64,000 nucleotides of DNA from Azolla caroliniana (lineage: Eukaryota; Plantae; Polypodiophyta): NCBI GenBank assembly GCA_043228905.1, contig JBHGNT010000002.1, forward strand, positions 10,168,001 to 10,232,000. Direction: 5' to 3'. Below the pieces are notes generated by a model that was not told the origin of the DNA, did not search any database, and saw only the letters and a program-made list of their open reading frames with translations. Both the position numbers and the translations under genes were made by a program. Below, one piece after another: positions 37,303 to 51,707 of the stretch; within the stretch, counting starts at the first letter, position 1; each line of letters opens with the position of its first letter.

Positions 37303-38621
37303 TGTCGTGATGTTTTCGACACATTGTGTGAAACCACCCTTAAAAGAGAATAAAATAGTACTCCAAATAAACTAATGTTTTTAAGTCAACTATAGTAATA
37401 AATGAAAGGATAAAAAGTTAGTCGCGGTTTTCAAAAGTAGAGAAAAAGATGGGGAGAAAAAAAGAAGAAGCTCGTGTGGATATGAGGAGCATAGTAGAGA
37501 AAAAAGCTCATAATTTCCTCGTCAGATGTCCAAATTAGCACTCAATTGGAAAGCAGAAGAAGAAGGATCAACAACATCGAGAGGCTTCATCAACAAAGAA
37601 ACTCCTTCTATACTCCACTCTCTTCTTTCCTCCACCTCTCTTCCCCCATTCATTTATAAACAATCCTTCATATTCACATCCAACCCATTGTAACATAATT
37701 CTTATATTATAAAAAAATCTTGATTGTGCTTATTATAATTCTTATATTATAATATAATTCTTATATTATAATTTGCATCCAACCCATTGTAACATAATTC
37801 TTATATTGATATAAATTAATGTTTTCTTTCATCTACTTCTCTTATGTGTAAATCTTGATTGTGCTTATTTGTTATCGTCATTTGAGCTTATTTGTTTGTG
37901 TGTCTTGTGACAAGGGAGTGTTTCGGGCTTGCCCATGCACCTCTCCTTTCACAAAGGCATTCAAACCTACGTGTCTTATATGTTATCGTCTTTGTGCTTA
38001 TTTATTTGTGTGTCTTGTGACAAGGGAGCGTTTCGGGCTTGCCCGTGCACCTCTCCTCTCACAAAGGCATTCAAACTTACATGTCTTGCGTGTTAATGTA
38101 AATCTCGCTTGTGTGTTCGTGCGACTTGTGGCATGGGAGCGTCCAGGCTTGCCCATGCACCTCTCCTTTCATAAAGGCATTCAAACTTACGTGTCTTGTG
38201 TGTTAGTGTAAATCTTGCTTGTGTGTTCCTGCGACTTGTGGCAAGGGGGTGTTCGGGCTTGCCCATGCACCTCGCGTTTCACAAAGGCATTCGAAATCGT
38301 GTCTTGCGTGTTAGTGTAAATCTTACTTGTGTGTTCGTGCGACTTGTGCCAAGGGAGTGTTCGGGCTTGCCCATGCACCTCTCCTTTCACAAAGGTGTTC
38401 GAAATTGCGCCTCTCGTGTGTAAACCTTGCTTGTGTGTTCGTGCGACTTGTGGCAAGGGAGCGTTCAGACTTGCCCACGCACCTCTCCTTTCACAAAGGC
38501 GTTTGAAATTGTGTCTCCCATCTGTAAACCTTGCTTGTGTGTTCATGCTACTTGTGGAAAGGGAACGTTCAGGCTTGCCCATGCTCTCCTTTCACACAAG
38601 CGTTCAAAATTGTGTCTCTCA
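37303..38621. mobile_element. Truncated LTR with ~85-bp internal tandem repeats (inverted relative of 49325-51025)
   Basis: Starts TGTCGTGA; reverse complement matches ~49570-51025; repeats of GCTTGCCCATGCACCTCTCCTTTCACAAAGGC. Confidence 0.85.
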
Positions 38622-41600
38622 TAGGCTGCGACATAAATTGATTGATTAAGCCGACCGGGTAGCTAAGATCTGGCCGAGTAATTGTCAAATAGATGAGGCT
38701 TCCGACAATCTGTCGAACTGTGTCGGGTCACATGCCTTTCCCGAATCTCGGCAAAGCTTTGCATTTCTATCCAAAGGGGTTGAGATGGGCTTACAGTTTG
38801 TCATCTCGAACTTGAACAGCATATTCAGCGCGTAATGACGTTGGTTGATCAATATGCCTTTGGGGTTGCGGATCACTTCGATCCCGAGGAAGTAATGGAG
38901 GTCTCCGAGATCGTTCATTTCGAATGATGCCGCGAGTTGAGGCTTTACGCGACAGATTTCGTCCAGGTCGACGCCGACGATGACTAAATCATCAACATAT
39001 AATAGGAGACTAACCGGTCCATGTTGACCTTGCCGAACAAATAGAGAAGAGTCTGATTTCGACGTTGTAAAGCCCATCCTACGCAGCTATTGCGTAATCT
39101 TCGCGTTCCAAGCTCGCGGGGCTTGCTTAAGTCCGTACAGTGACTTCTTTAGTCAGCAAACTACCGACGTGTTTTGTTCGGATAGAAATCCGGGGGGTTG
39201 TACCATGTACATTTGTTCCTCAAGATCACCTTGCACGAACGCGTTCTTTACATCCATTTGATGTAAGTGCCACCCCTTTGCCGCAGCTATGGCTAGCAGA
39301 ACACGGACAGTGGTCATCTTCACAACAGGCGTGAAGGTCTCATCGTAATCGATGCCGTGTTGTTGCGCGTAGCCTTTCGCCACTAAGCGGGCCTTGTATC
39401 GATTGACTGAGCCGTCGGTATTGTATTTCACTTTATACACCCACTGACATCCAATCGGCTTCACACCCTTTGGTGCGTCAACCAAGTCCCAGGTCTCATT
39501 TTGCGTTAAAGTGCGCATCTCTTCCTCCATTGTGGCACGCCTGTTTGCGTCTTTCGCCGCTTCTGCGTAGCTCTCCGGCTCACGCACTTCCGTCACTCGC
39601 GTCATGTACGCCTAATGGTGCGCCATGTACTCATTATACCCATATCTCTTTACGGGGTTCTTGAGGCGAGTAGATCGGCGCAATTTGTGATTACCTGATT
39701 TCACGACCTTTTCAGCTACTGTCAACCTCTTGTGTGGAGGTTCCTTTTCAATTTGCCCATGGTCAGACTCGCTCTGATCTGACTCGGCACTGCCGAAGTC
39801 GTATTCTGGCATTTTCTTCTTGCCCTTCTCTTTACGTGTAAACCGTTTCCTCAGTTCTTTACACGGGGACATCACGACTGAGTCTCCACTACTCGTCGTC
39901 TCTTCAATAGGTTGGCCATTTCGGTCCAACTCCTCATTCGGCCCACTTAGGTGAAATGAGATCAGACTCTCTCTCAGAGCTCCGATTTCTTCATCGTATT
40001 GAGGCATTCCGGCCTCGCTGACGTCTTCCTCAGAATTCGGAATGGAGTCGTGAGGTGTTGGAGGTGAAGGCAGGTACCACGAAGCGGATTCGTTGAACAC
40101 AACATCTCAACTTATAACATTTATACCCCTTCTACTCGTCTGGATAGCCGACTAAGATGCACTTTTTGGCTTTGGCATCCAACTTCCTCCTCTTTTCCTT
40201 CGGCACATGCACGTATGCAATGCTACCAAAACTCCTCAAGTGTGCCAAGTTCGGCTTCTTCCCTAAATACAATTCATGTGGTGACACTCCTCCATTAGTA
40301 GAAGTCCGATTCTGCAGGTAGATAGCCGTCCTCACAGCTTCGGCCCAATAGAATTTCGGCATATGCTTCTCTTCAAGCATTGGCCTAGTTGCTTCTTCAA
40401 TTGTCTGATTCTTCCGCTCAGCCACGCCGTTCTGCTCCAGTGTGTATCTCTACATGAGGATTCACGTCGAATTCCCTCCTTCTATAGATAACTTGTGAAC
40501 TGGTCGGAGAAGTACAGCTTCCCGCTATCGAACCGTAGGCATTTGATCTTACGCCCTGTTTCCCTTTCCGCAAGGCTCTTCACCTTCAAGAAACATGCGA
40601 AGACTTCACTCTTCTTCGCAATCGTGCATACCCACGTGTGCCGAGTGAAGTCATCGATGAAGGTTACAAAGTAACGGCTTCCACCGAGACTCACGTTCTG
40701 TGCCAAACCCCACACATCTGAATGGATCAAATCTAGCGGACTTCGACTACGATTACGCTCATTGGGGAATGGAAGTCGGTGTTGTTTTCCCATCTGACAG
40801 GCTTCATAGACTTGGCCATTACGGCCCTGAAATTTCAGCAAGCCGAAGACAATGTTCTTGGTCTGCATCTCATGAAGCCGTGGGAAATTTACATGGCGAA
40901 CCGCTTGTGCCACATGTCGATATCCGATTCGACCTTTTTTCCTTTCGCATACAACGCGGTGCTAGCTTGATTAGTGTCGAGGATAAACATCCTCCCTTCA
41001 CGGCACCTTTGAGCAATCACTTTGCCTTCCTCTTCTATGAAGCAGCCGAGATGCATGAATCGAACTTGCATACCTTGGTCGATGATTTGTCCGACCGACA
41101 TAAGGTTCTTGGTTATTGTCGGGACATGAAGTACGTTCATGAGCTTCCCTTTCTGCCTGACGTGGCTAAGGGGAACTTCACCGACATGTTCAATGGTATG
41201 CGGAGTGTCATCTCCCGTTTCGACCACTCCTTGCGATTCTAGTTTCTCCAAGTACGAGAACCATTCCTCGTGACTCATCAAACATAACGCACCTCGCTTG
41301 ATTTCGAGGTGTTCACGGCCATAGAATTGGTCTTATGCTCCATTACGAAGGCTAGGCACGATTTGTTTCCGGCTCATTTAGAGCCTTCTACGTAGTGCGA
41401 TCTCGATTATGCCGCTTGTTCTACTGTTGTCGGCCGCCTCCATTGTGCACCAATCCGCCTTGTCCACCACGACCATGGGGCCTATCTTCCTCCATGTACA
41501 ACATCTTGCCATCGGCGTGCATACTTGTTGAAGCACGCGTGTGATTTTCCTCCACGAGCAACATTGACTGAAGCTCGAAGAACGAAGGCGTATTCTCCCT

Positions 41601-44522
41601 CATACAGACCGTCGTTCAAAAGGCTCCGAACCTGAACGCTAGCCCACCAAGGCAAACCTACACCATTTCATCATCCTCAACGTGCACGTTGACAGAGGCG
41701 CGAGAGTCACAAATTTCCTTAATTCGGGACTTGTAATCAACCACAGATCTTTCTGTCAGACATTGTTGAGCTCCTGCCTGAGCTGCAGTTTCCTGGCCGT
41801 TGTGCTTGTGGTGAAAATCTTTTTGAGATTCTCCCACGCGTTGTCGTGATGATTTTCGGCTACGGTGTGAAACCGAGTGAGACGAATAAACCAAGGATGT
41901 GCAACATTGCACATACACTTAGCAAATAAGCCTCATAAGGCCTAGTGGCACTTGAGTTCATACAGAGGGGTGCAAGCAAGGTTTGAACCTTGCACCTCTA
42001 AGATACAAGATAATTGCCTTACCACTAGGACAACTATCATATAGTGTAGATTTTATGTATTTCCTTTTCATATACAAATTATAGACGAAACAACCATAGA
42101 AAACCATGTGCACAAAACCATGGTTTGTGCATGACATAAGCAAAACCGTGTGCACAAAACCATGGTTTTAGCCCATAGTTTTGTGCATGTCACAAGCATG
42201 GAAAGACCTATAAAAGCCTCTAGTTGGGCTTGTGTAAGGGGGGCTCAATATGTGATATCACCAACACCATTATCATCAATATAATTATATTTGTCTTTAT
42301 CTTCTTCATATTTTTCTACTTCTCAACTGTACAATCTTTCTTCTTCTCAAGTAAACCAATTTCATCTAATCTTACATTGATCGTCATCTCTTCGACAATT
42401 CTGCAAACATCCTCCCTAGTCCAAGACCCCGGTGGTCGCTCGAGTAGCACACGCACGCACGAATCTTCGCGACATCTTTGTACATTTTCTTCCACCAATA
42501 TTTTTGCTTGATCTTCACAAATGTTGCCCATGTTCCTTGGTGTCCGGCCCAATCGGATTCGTGAAACTCGGACATTATCCGGTTTCGTTGCTCTTTTGTC
42601 CCGACTACTCGAAGTGGTATACCATCCGGTCTTTTCGGCGCCCTCCATATTAATCCGTTTTCCAAGAAGAACTTTTGGACTTGCCTCTTCTTCCTTTGGA
42701 TCTCGGCTCTTCTTCCTTTATCGTTTGTTGAATCCTCGACCTCTTGTAACATCTTTCTGATCATCAAGCTTTCTCCCTCGTATTCTTCTTCTCGGAATTC
42801 TCGAACTACGTTCACTCGGCATCTGTGCTCCGACGCGAAGTAGTCTTCGGAAACTTCTTCATTATCCGATTCGGGGAAATGTGAATGTAGACGAAGGCCA
42901 ACCGAGCCAAGAAGCGATCGGCGGAGACCGATCCGGAGAAGGGCAAACCTGGCATAATCAAAGATGGACATGAACGATCCACAACACCCAGTTGAAGACG
43001 GTGAGCGCGAGGAGTGGCCAGGAACCCAATCGAAGGACAAGCGCGGTGGACGAAGGAAGAGCGGTCGTATCGACGACATCGTTCGGTAGATCTACTACAA
43101 CTGATCGGGGAAGAAGGTGTGAGCGCCGAATATGGTGGATCGGGTGGCTACGGTGGTTCGGTTGGAAAGATTGCGCATACTCGAAGTGGAAGACGAAGTC
43201 AGACGAGGTCGACAAGCATGCAGAGGAACTCAGTTGATCACCGTTGCCAAAGATCTCACCTCTTCACCTTTCTCGGCACATACCGGAGGATGTGCGGGTT
43301 TGGTGGGGGTGGATGTCGTGACGATTTTCGGCTACAGTGTGAAACCGAGTGAGACAAATAAACCAAGGATGTGCAACATTGCACATACACTTAGCAAATA
43401 AGCCTCCTAAGGCCTAGTGGCACTTGAGTTCATACAGAGGGGTGCAAGCAAGGTTTGAACCTTGCACCTCTAAGATACAAGACCTATAAAAGCCTCTAGT
43501 TGGGCTTGTGTAAGGGGGGCTCAACATGTGATATCACCAACACCATTATCATCAATATAATTATATTTGTCTTTATCTTCTCCATATTTTTCTACTTCTC
43601 AACTGCACAATCTTTCTCCTTCTCAAGTAAACCAATTTCATCTAATCTTACATTGATCGTCATCTCTTCGACAATTCTGCAAACATCCTCCCTAGTCCAA
43701 GACCCCGGTGGTCGCTCGAGTAGCACACGCACGCGCGAATCTTCGCGACAGCGTCCTTTGGCGTCTTAGCATCCCGAATATAGCTTAATAGATGGTTGCT
43801 CACACAGGATACAAAGCAGTAGAGAACTCTGCTTGCCGCTTGTTCCGGCGCCGGAAAATCTTTGTGTGTCGAATCGGGTGCTACATCATTATCTCCTTCG
43901 ACATAACTCCAGTAGCCATGGCCAAGCAGGTACTGGTGCATCTTGTATGAGTAGTTGCTCTTGTAGAGCTTCTCGGTCGGTAGCGAGCTTCCCATACCTC
44001 TATCCATATTGTTGTCTTTTTCTTTTCCAAACAAAAAGAAAGAACAACCTCAACTTTGGTGTGTCAGAAGCTTTTCTTGTCGACTGCAGAGGACTTCAAC
44101 CCTTGCGCTCTGATACCATGTAAAAGAATAGCGTGTGTGGAAGCGTATGCGAAACACAGAGTACACAGTTTTGAAAACAGCAGAAAACATAGAGATGGAG
44201 ATGGAGATGGAGAGACAAAGAAAGAGAGCAGACAACTCAGTTATGTTTCAAAAATAATGACGCTCTGTACATAGGATGTGCTCAGTGAGCACTTTTTATA
44301 CAAGTCCATATGGACTAACAGAAGTATTGACACGTACTTCAATGCTCATAACTGAGCTCTACACTAACTCCCAAAATATATTCCTACACGGAATATCTTC
44401 CCAACGGCCTCGCGGTTTACACACCGCTATGGCTTACGTTATGCGTACTCTTTTACTCACCTAGTCTACGCACTGGGTTACGCACCATGTGACGCACCCA
44501 ACGTTGAGCTTGACACTCAACA
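38622..44522 (-). mobile_element. Ty1/copia element, 3'-truncated (5' LTR 44119-44522, PBS, gag, PR, INT, RT)
   Basis: PBS TGGTATCAGAGC at 44107-44118; [18 protein letters not shown] and LLYVDD; RNase H and 3' LTR missing; inserted into a related copia. Confidence 0.92.
41842..43750 (+). mobile_element. Short non-autonomous LTR element (TRIM-like; LTRs 41842-42474 and 43314-43750)
   Basis: Direct repeats TGTCGTGA...CGCGACA; 4-bp TSD GCGT; G-rich tract before the second LTR; interior holds an antisense gypsy integrase zinc-finger fragment. Confidence 0.88.
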
Positions 44523-47474
44523 TAGCTCTCTGGCTTGCAAACTTCTGCCACTTTCGACATGTATGCATAATGATGCGCCATGTATCCGTTGTATCTGTAC
44601 CAAGTCACCGGGTTCTTGTGCGGAGTCGATCGGCGTAACTTCTTATTAGCCGATTTTAGAGCCCTCTTGGCCGCATCTGACCTCAGTTCCTGAGGCTCCT
44701 TTTCACTCTGATTGGAGTCAGATTCTCCCTTAGTCGATTGACCTCTATCTATGTCGTACTCCGGCATCTTCATCTTCCCCTTCTCTTTGCGTGTATATCG
44801 TCTCCTTCGTTTCTAGCAAGGGAACTGCAGAACAGAGTCTTCATTGTTGGTTGGCTCTTCATCCTACTGGTTGATCCATCTCAGCTCCTCATTCGGACCA
44901 CTCAGCCTGAATGAAATCAGACTCTCTTCAGAAGGGTCGATTTCTTCTTTTTCAACCACCATCCTTGCCTTATTGGCCTCATTCTCAGTAATTGGCATTG
45001 AGTCATTGGGGTTCGGAAGACAGTACCAGGACACCGATTCGTCAAAGACAACATCGCGGCTTACTCGTAGGTTCGTCCGGGGGATATAACATTTGTACCC
45101 TTTCAGTTCATGCGAGTAGTCGTCTAGGATGCATTTCTCTAACTTGGCGTCCAACTTCTTCCACTTCTCATACGGCACATGCACGTATGCAATGTTGTCG
45201 AATACCTTCAGGTGCTTCAAATTAGGCTTGTGCCTGAAATAGAGCTCATGTGCTAACACCTTTCCTCCATGTACAGAAATCTGATTTTGGATATACACAG
45301 TCGTCCAAATGGCTTTGGCCCAGTAAAACTTGGTCATGCTCTTCTCTTCTAGCATTGCCCGAGTCGCTTCCATAATCGATCGGTTCTTCCTTTTGGCTAC
45401 AGTGTTCTACTCTGGCATATATTTGCAGCTGAATTCACATCGAATTCCCATCTGCTGCAGATAATAATTGAACTGGCCGGAAAAGTATTTTTTTCTGCCT
45501 TCCAACCACAAACAATTGATCTTACCATCAGTTTCCCTTTCCACTAGTGTCTTCAAGTTCCAGAAACAATCAAAGACTTCACTCTTCTTCTGTATGACGT
45601 AAATCAACGGGTGTCAAATATAGTCTTCGATGAAGGAAACGAAATATCAACTCCCACCTATACTCACATTCTGTGTTGAACCCCACACATCCAAATGAAT
45701 CAGGTCGAGCTTGTTACGGCTCCAATTTCACCAGTTGAGGAACGGAAGCTAGTGCTACATCACTAATTGGCAGGCTTCACAAACTTGGGCCTTCCAGGTA
45801 CTAAACTTTCGCAAGCCAAACATAATCTATTTCGCTTGGAGTTCCTGAAGCCTTGGGAAGTTGATGTGGTTGATCTGATGATGTTGCAAGTCGATATTTG
45901 ATTCAACTTTTGTCCTTTGGGGAACATTGCGGTTCTGACGGCGTTCGTATTGAGGATGAGCATCCTCCCTTCTCTTCGCCCTTGTGCAATGATTTGTCCT
46001 TCTTCAATGAAGCGGCCAAGGTGGGTGAACCGAACCTGCATTCCTTGTTCGACAATTTGTCCGACTGACACCAAATTCTTGCTGATTGTCAGAACATGCA
46101 GTATGTTCATCAGTCTCCCTGTCTAGCTTACATGGCTCTAGGGGATGTCACCGACATGCTCGATGGGATATGAGGAATCGTCACCAGTTTCGACGACCCC
46201 CAGCTGTTTCGGCTTCTCTAGATATGAGAACCACTTTTCGCGGCTCGGCATGTGATTCGATGCTCCGGAATCGACATACCACACCTCATTTGGTTTTGAG
46301 GTGATCGTCCTCATCGAGTTGGTCTTACACTTCATTACAAATGCAAGGCCCGTTCCAGCTTGGTTTGAGCCTTCAGCAATGTGTGATGACTTGGCTTTGT
46401 TGGAGTCGGCCTTCTTCTTCCAGCACTCGTTTTCCTTGTGACCCTTCCAGCCACACTACCAGCAGTTGGTGGATTTGTTTTGCTCGCCTCTGGCACCATC
46501 CAAACTCCCCCTGCTTGTGAAGGGTCCACTACTGTCAGCACTTCCTCTGTGCCTCTGCATCTGCCCTTGTCGGCCGCCACCATTGTGTGCCGATCCACCG
46601 TGTTCTCCATAACCACCGGGCCTATCCGCCTCCATGTACAACATCTGGTTGTCCGACTGCGTGCTCCTTGATGCATTTGTGTGGTTTTCTTCGACCATAA
46701 GCATCGATTGCAAGTCGAAGAATGACAGTGGTTTCTCCCTCATGCAAATAGCCATCCGAATCAGCACATACCTCGGAGTTAGATATAACTCAAGTAACCA
46801 TGCCCAAGCAAGTATTGGTGCATCTTGTATTCCCAATATGCGTAGTTGCTTCTATCCAATTTCTCAGTCAGAATAGCACCACCCATTCCTCTGTCCATGT
46901 TTCTGTTCTTCTCTATTCCGGAACCATGTTGCTGACTCATGTCAGAAAGCTACGTCGACTACGGAGAATGCATCTCAACCCTCACGCTTTGATACCATGT
47001 ACAAAGATTTACAATATATGTGGAAGTTTATCAACCGATAGTTGGTCGGTTATCCGGAAGATGAACATTTCATTAACATAGAACACAAAGTGCAAGAGAG
47101 AGAGAGAGAGAGTAGATAACAAAAAATTCTATTACTGAAAAATACTCAACTCATTACATAATGCTTGTGTGCACTTTATATATACAAGCCCATCTGTCAG
47201 GGTTGTTATGAAGTACTGACATGTACTTCAATGCTCTTAAAGGAGCATCTAACACTAATTGCCTACGTTGAACCTATTTTATAAAATAGGTCTACTCAGC
47301 ACATCTGACATTCCGGATGGTCATCCGGATTCGTCAACCGGATCTGGTATCTGGCTTCTTTAGCTGATCCGACATCCAGTTTAGAAAATGGGCCTAGCCA
47401 ACCGGGATCGATTCCGATCTGGCCTACTTGCGTATCCATCTGGTCCGGCCCATGTTGAGGTTGCTCGCTCAATA
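44523..47474 (-). mobile_element. Ty1/copia 5' half (LTR 46998-47474, PBS, gag, PR, INT)
   Basis: PBS at ~46986-46997; WYVDSGASNHM; integrase RVSRDVVFDES; cut at 44522 by the preceding element. Confidence 0.88.
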
Positions 47475-50400
47475 CAAGTCATGAAGTACCCTTTCTAGGA
47501 TATTCTTGGATACACTTGATGTCGGATCGGCTAAAGAAGCCGGATACAAGATCCAAATGATGGATCATTCAGATCCGGACCGGAAGCCGATCCGGAACGT
47601 CACATGTGACAATTACACCTATTCTAGGAAATAGACCTAATATAGGTAGTTAGTGTCAGAGGCAGTTGTGTGAGCATGGTCAGGAGTCGTTATTTCGTCT
47701 CCTTCATCGACGACTTCAGCCAATACACGTGGGTATACCTCCTTGACAAGAAGAGTGAAGTCTTCTCCTATTTCCAAGACCTAAAAAGCTTAGTTGAAAG
47801 GGAAACAAAAAGGAAAATCAAGTTTCTGTGGTCGGATTGCAAGGAGTACTTTTCCAGCCAGTTCATTAGCTATCTACAGACGAAGGGAATATAGAGGGAG
47901 TTCTCCTGTAGATACACACCGGAGCAAAATGGCGTGTCTAAGAGACGGAACCAGAAAATGGAAGAAGCGGCTAGGGCAATGCTGGAGGAGAAGAGCATGC
48001 CCGGGATCTATTGGGCCGAAGCTATCCGGACAATCGTCTATATATAGAATTGAATCTCTGCTCCCAAAGGGAAGGTGTCGCCACATGAGCTATATTTCAA
48101 GTGAAAGACAAATTTGGCACACCTCAGGGTGTTCAGTAGTATTGCATATGTGCATATACTGGACGGGAGATGAAGGAGTTCATGTAGCAACCGACTGTCG
48201 AACATCTTCAGTGTGCGTGAAGAATCTTGAGATATGTCAGCGACACTAAGGACAAGGCGTTGCTATATTAACCCGGTGTAGTTCAAGAATTGGTTGTCTA
48301 CAAGGATGTTGATTGGGTCGGAAATGTCGGTGATCGCAAGTCAACATCCGGTTTTGCGTTTTCATTGGGATGCGTCGTGGTCACCTGGAGCAGTAAGAAG
48401 CAGCCGACAGTTGCACTGTTGAGCACCAAGGCCGAATACGAAGGAGCGGCTTTCACAACATGTGAAGCCATATGGCTCAAAAGACTTTTAAAGGATCTAC
48501 ATGTGGAGGTGTTTGAATCGATAGTGATATACTGCGACAACCTCAACAGCATCCAACTTGTGAAGAACCCCGTCTTCCACACCCAAACTAAGCACATTGA
48601 GTTGCACTATCATTTTGTCTGAGAGTGTGTCCTCTCCGGTGAACTGAAACTCATGTATGTTTTGACAGATCGGCAAGCTGTCGATATCTTCACCAAACCT
48701 CACGGCCTGGACAAGTTGTGGCAGTTTTCAAGTGTGCTTGGCTTGCAGCACCTCGACGTGCCGAACTTGAGGGGGTGAAGTTCAAAAAGCTTAATCGGAT
48801 GTGGAACTCGATTTTGGAACGGTTGAAGTATCTGAGGATGGATGCAGGAGGAGTGGCTAGAAGAACGAGCCAGAGCCAACCGAACAAGGGGGAAGTAGAG
48901 CTGAGAAAGGCAAGGTAAGTGACAAAGCGAAGAAGGGCAGAGCCTACCTAAAGATAAAGGCCAAGACCAAGACATGGTCAGATGTGGTCAAGGTTCTTAA
49001 GCAGGACAAATTGGAGACATCCAATTCAAACAAGAGCAGGAACAAATCAAAGACAACCGATGCTATCGAGTGGTATAATTTGGACGAGCTGAATTGCATA
49101 AAGGCCAAGTGGACAGGGTGACAATCGATGTTGATGCTGATATAGAAGAACTGACGGATCAAGGGGTGCCAATGTCGCAACAGCGAGGAAATTGAGAAGG
49201 GCTCGAAGAGAAGACGTACCGACTGTAGGAGTCGAGGAGCGCAGAACCAGAGGGGTCAAGGAGCGTTGGACTAGAGGGTCATGGAACGCGGGACCGGACC
49301 GAACGAGGAGGGTGAGCTAGGCGTTGTCGTGAAAATCCGTCACTATGTGCAGATCGTGAGGCAGAACCACCGGGGTTATGGACAGGAAGGAAATAGGTCT
49401 TACACGCACAACACAAGGAAGTCTTACACAAACAAGGGACGAGTATTCAAACGTGTTTGTAAAAAGGAGAGGTGCATGGGCAAGCCCGAATCAACCCCTA
49501 GTCACAAGGCGAACGAAGGCACGTGACGAAGGCTTACACACGGACACACAAGGAAATGGCTTACTTACACACATGAGAGACAAAGTTTCAAACGCCTTTG
49601 TGAAAAAAGAGGTGCATGGGCAAGCCCGAACGCTCCCCTGTTACAAAACACGCAAACACACAAGCAAGTTAATACATGAGAGACACAATTTTGAACGCCT
49701 TTGTGAAAGGAGAGGTGCATGGGCAAAGCCCGAACGCTCCCGTGCCACAAGTCGCACGAACACACAAGAAAGGTTTACACATGGGAGAAACAATTTTGAA
49801 CGCCTTTGTGAAAGGAGATGTGCATGGGCAAGCCCGAACGCTCCCTTACCACAACTCGCACGAAACACAAGCAAGGTTTACACACAGGAGACATGATTTC
49901 GAACGCCTTTGTGAAAGGAGAGGTGCATGGGCAAGCCCGAGTGCTCCCTTGCCACAAGTCACACGAACACACAAACAAGGTTTACACACGGGAGACACGA
50001 TTTCAAACTCCTTTGTGAAAGGAGGGGTGCATGGGCAAGCCCGAACGCTCCCTTGTCACAAGTCGCACAAACACACAAGCAAGATTTACACTAACACGCA
50101 AGACACGTAAGTTTGAATGCCTTTGTGAAAGGAGAGGTGCATGGGCAATCCCGAAACGCTCCCTTGTCACAAGACACACGAGCAAATAAGCACAAACGAC
50201 GATAACATATAAGACATGTAGGTTTGAAGGCCTTTGTGAAAGGAGAGGTGCATGGGCAAGCCCGAAACGCTCCTTTGTCACAAGACACACAAACAAATAA
50301 GCACAAATGACGATAACAAATAAGCACAATCAAGATTTACACATAAGACAAGTAGATGAAAGAAAACATTAGTTTATATCAATATAATAGATTCTTTTAT

Positions 50401-51564
50401 AATATAAGAATCATGTTGCAATGGGTTGGATGCGAATATGAAGGACTGTTTATAAATGAATGGGGGAAGAGAGGTGGAGGAAAGAAGAGAGTGGAGTATA
50501 GAAGGAGTTTCTTTGTTGATGATGCCTCTCGATGTTGTTGATCCTTCTTCTTCCACTTTCCAATTGAGTAGAGCTTCCACGTTCCTTCTCCCTCCCCCCC
50601 TTCTTCACTAGAATAGGCTCTTATTTATAGGTTTAGGATTGCTTGCCTTTTTCCCCTAAAATAAAGCTAGTCTAGATGAGTCGACTTTCCTTTTCCTCAC
50701 TATTTCTGTTTTCTAGCCTCAAATTTCACATGCAAGATATTCTTGGAAATCTCTTTAGGTTAGCTTTCTTATGCATCTTTTTTTTTCTAATTCGGACATT
50801 TGGCGAGGAAGTTATGAGCTTTTTACTCGACCTTGCTCCTCATATCCACGGCTAGCTTTTCTTTTCCCATCTTTTTCTCTATTTTTGTCTACTTTCAAAA
50901 ACCTCTTCTAACTTTTTATCCTTTCATTTATTACTATAGTTCACTTAAGAAAATTAGTTTATTTGGACACAATTTTATTCTCTTTTGAGGGTGGTTTCAC
51001 ACACTGTGTTGAAAACATCAGGACAACGTGAGGACGGCAGAAGGAGTCGGTTGCTAGGACTGGCTACACCTGACACAACGGGCCGACCTCAAGTTGAGCT
51101 TGAGGGGGAGTGTTGAGTGAGCAAGCTCAACATGGCCTAGACTTTCTAGGCAAGCCGATAGGTCAGATCAGAGTCGATCCGGTTGATTAAGCCTAGTTTC
51201 TAGACCAGATGCCGGATCGGCTAAAGATGCCGGATCGGTGTAAGAAGCTGGATACCAGATCCGGATGTCGAATCCGAATGACGGATCCGAACCGGATGAC
51301 GGAGCGGTTGTGGAAGCCAATCCAGAACGTCACACATGCCGATTAGACCTATTCTAGGAAATAGGCCTAATATAGGCAATTAGTGTCAGAGGCTCTTTTA
51401 AGACCATTGAAGTACATGTTAGTACTTCATGACAGCCCTATAAGTTTGGCTTGTATATATAAAGTGCATTTGAGCACTATTGTTTGTACTGAGAGCATTT
51501 TGGTAATAGAAGTTTATTATTGTCTTCTCATGGGCCAAATTTGGCCTTAGAAGACGTTAATATT

Positions 51565-51607
<43 letters not shown>

Positions 51608-51707
51608 CCCCCTTACTCTATGTTTACCTAACTATTATATTTCCGAATAACCGATCGTGTACTTTGTGTCTTCCGCATACACTTCCGCACATATTCTTCT
51701 TTTTACA
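47475..51707 (+). mobile_element. Deleted Ty1/copia element (LTR fragment, INT, RNase H, PPT, 3' LTR 51111-51707)
   Basis: YFVSFIDDFS, DRKSTSG...SKKQPTVAL and YCDN...KHIELHYHFV; PPT TGAGGGGGAG at 51101-51110; LTR TGTTGAG...TTTACA containing a (CTTT)n tract. Confidence 0.88.
49325..51025. mobile_element. Probable solo LTR (1.7 kb) with ~85-bp tandem repeats
   Basis: Ends TGTCGTGA...TCAGGACA; flanks GCGT/ACGT (4-bp TSD, one mismatch). Confidence 0.8.

Noticed and set aside
37855-38649. Cys-rich repetitive ORFs here and at 49378-50333
   Set aside because: They are translations of LTR tandem repeats, open in several frames on both strands.
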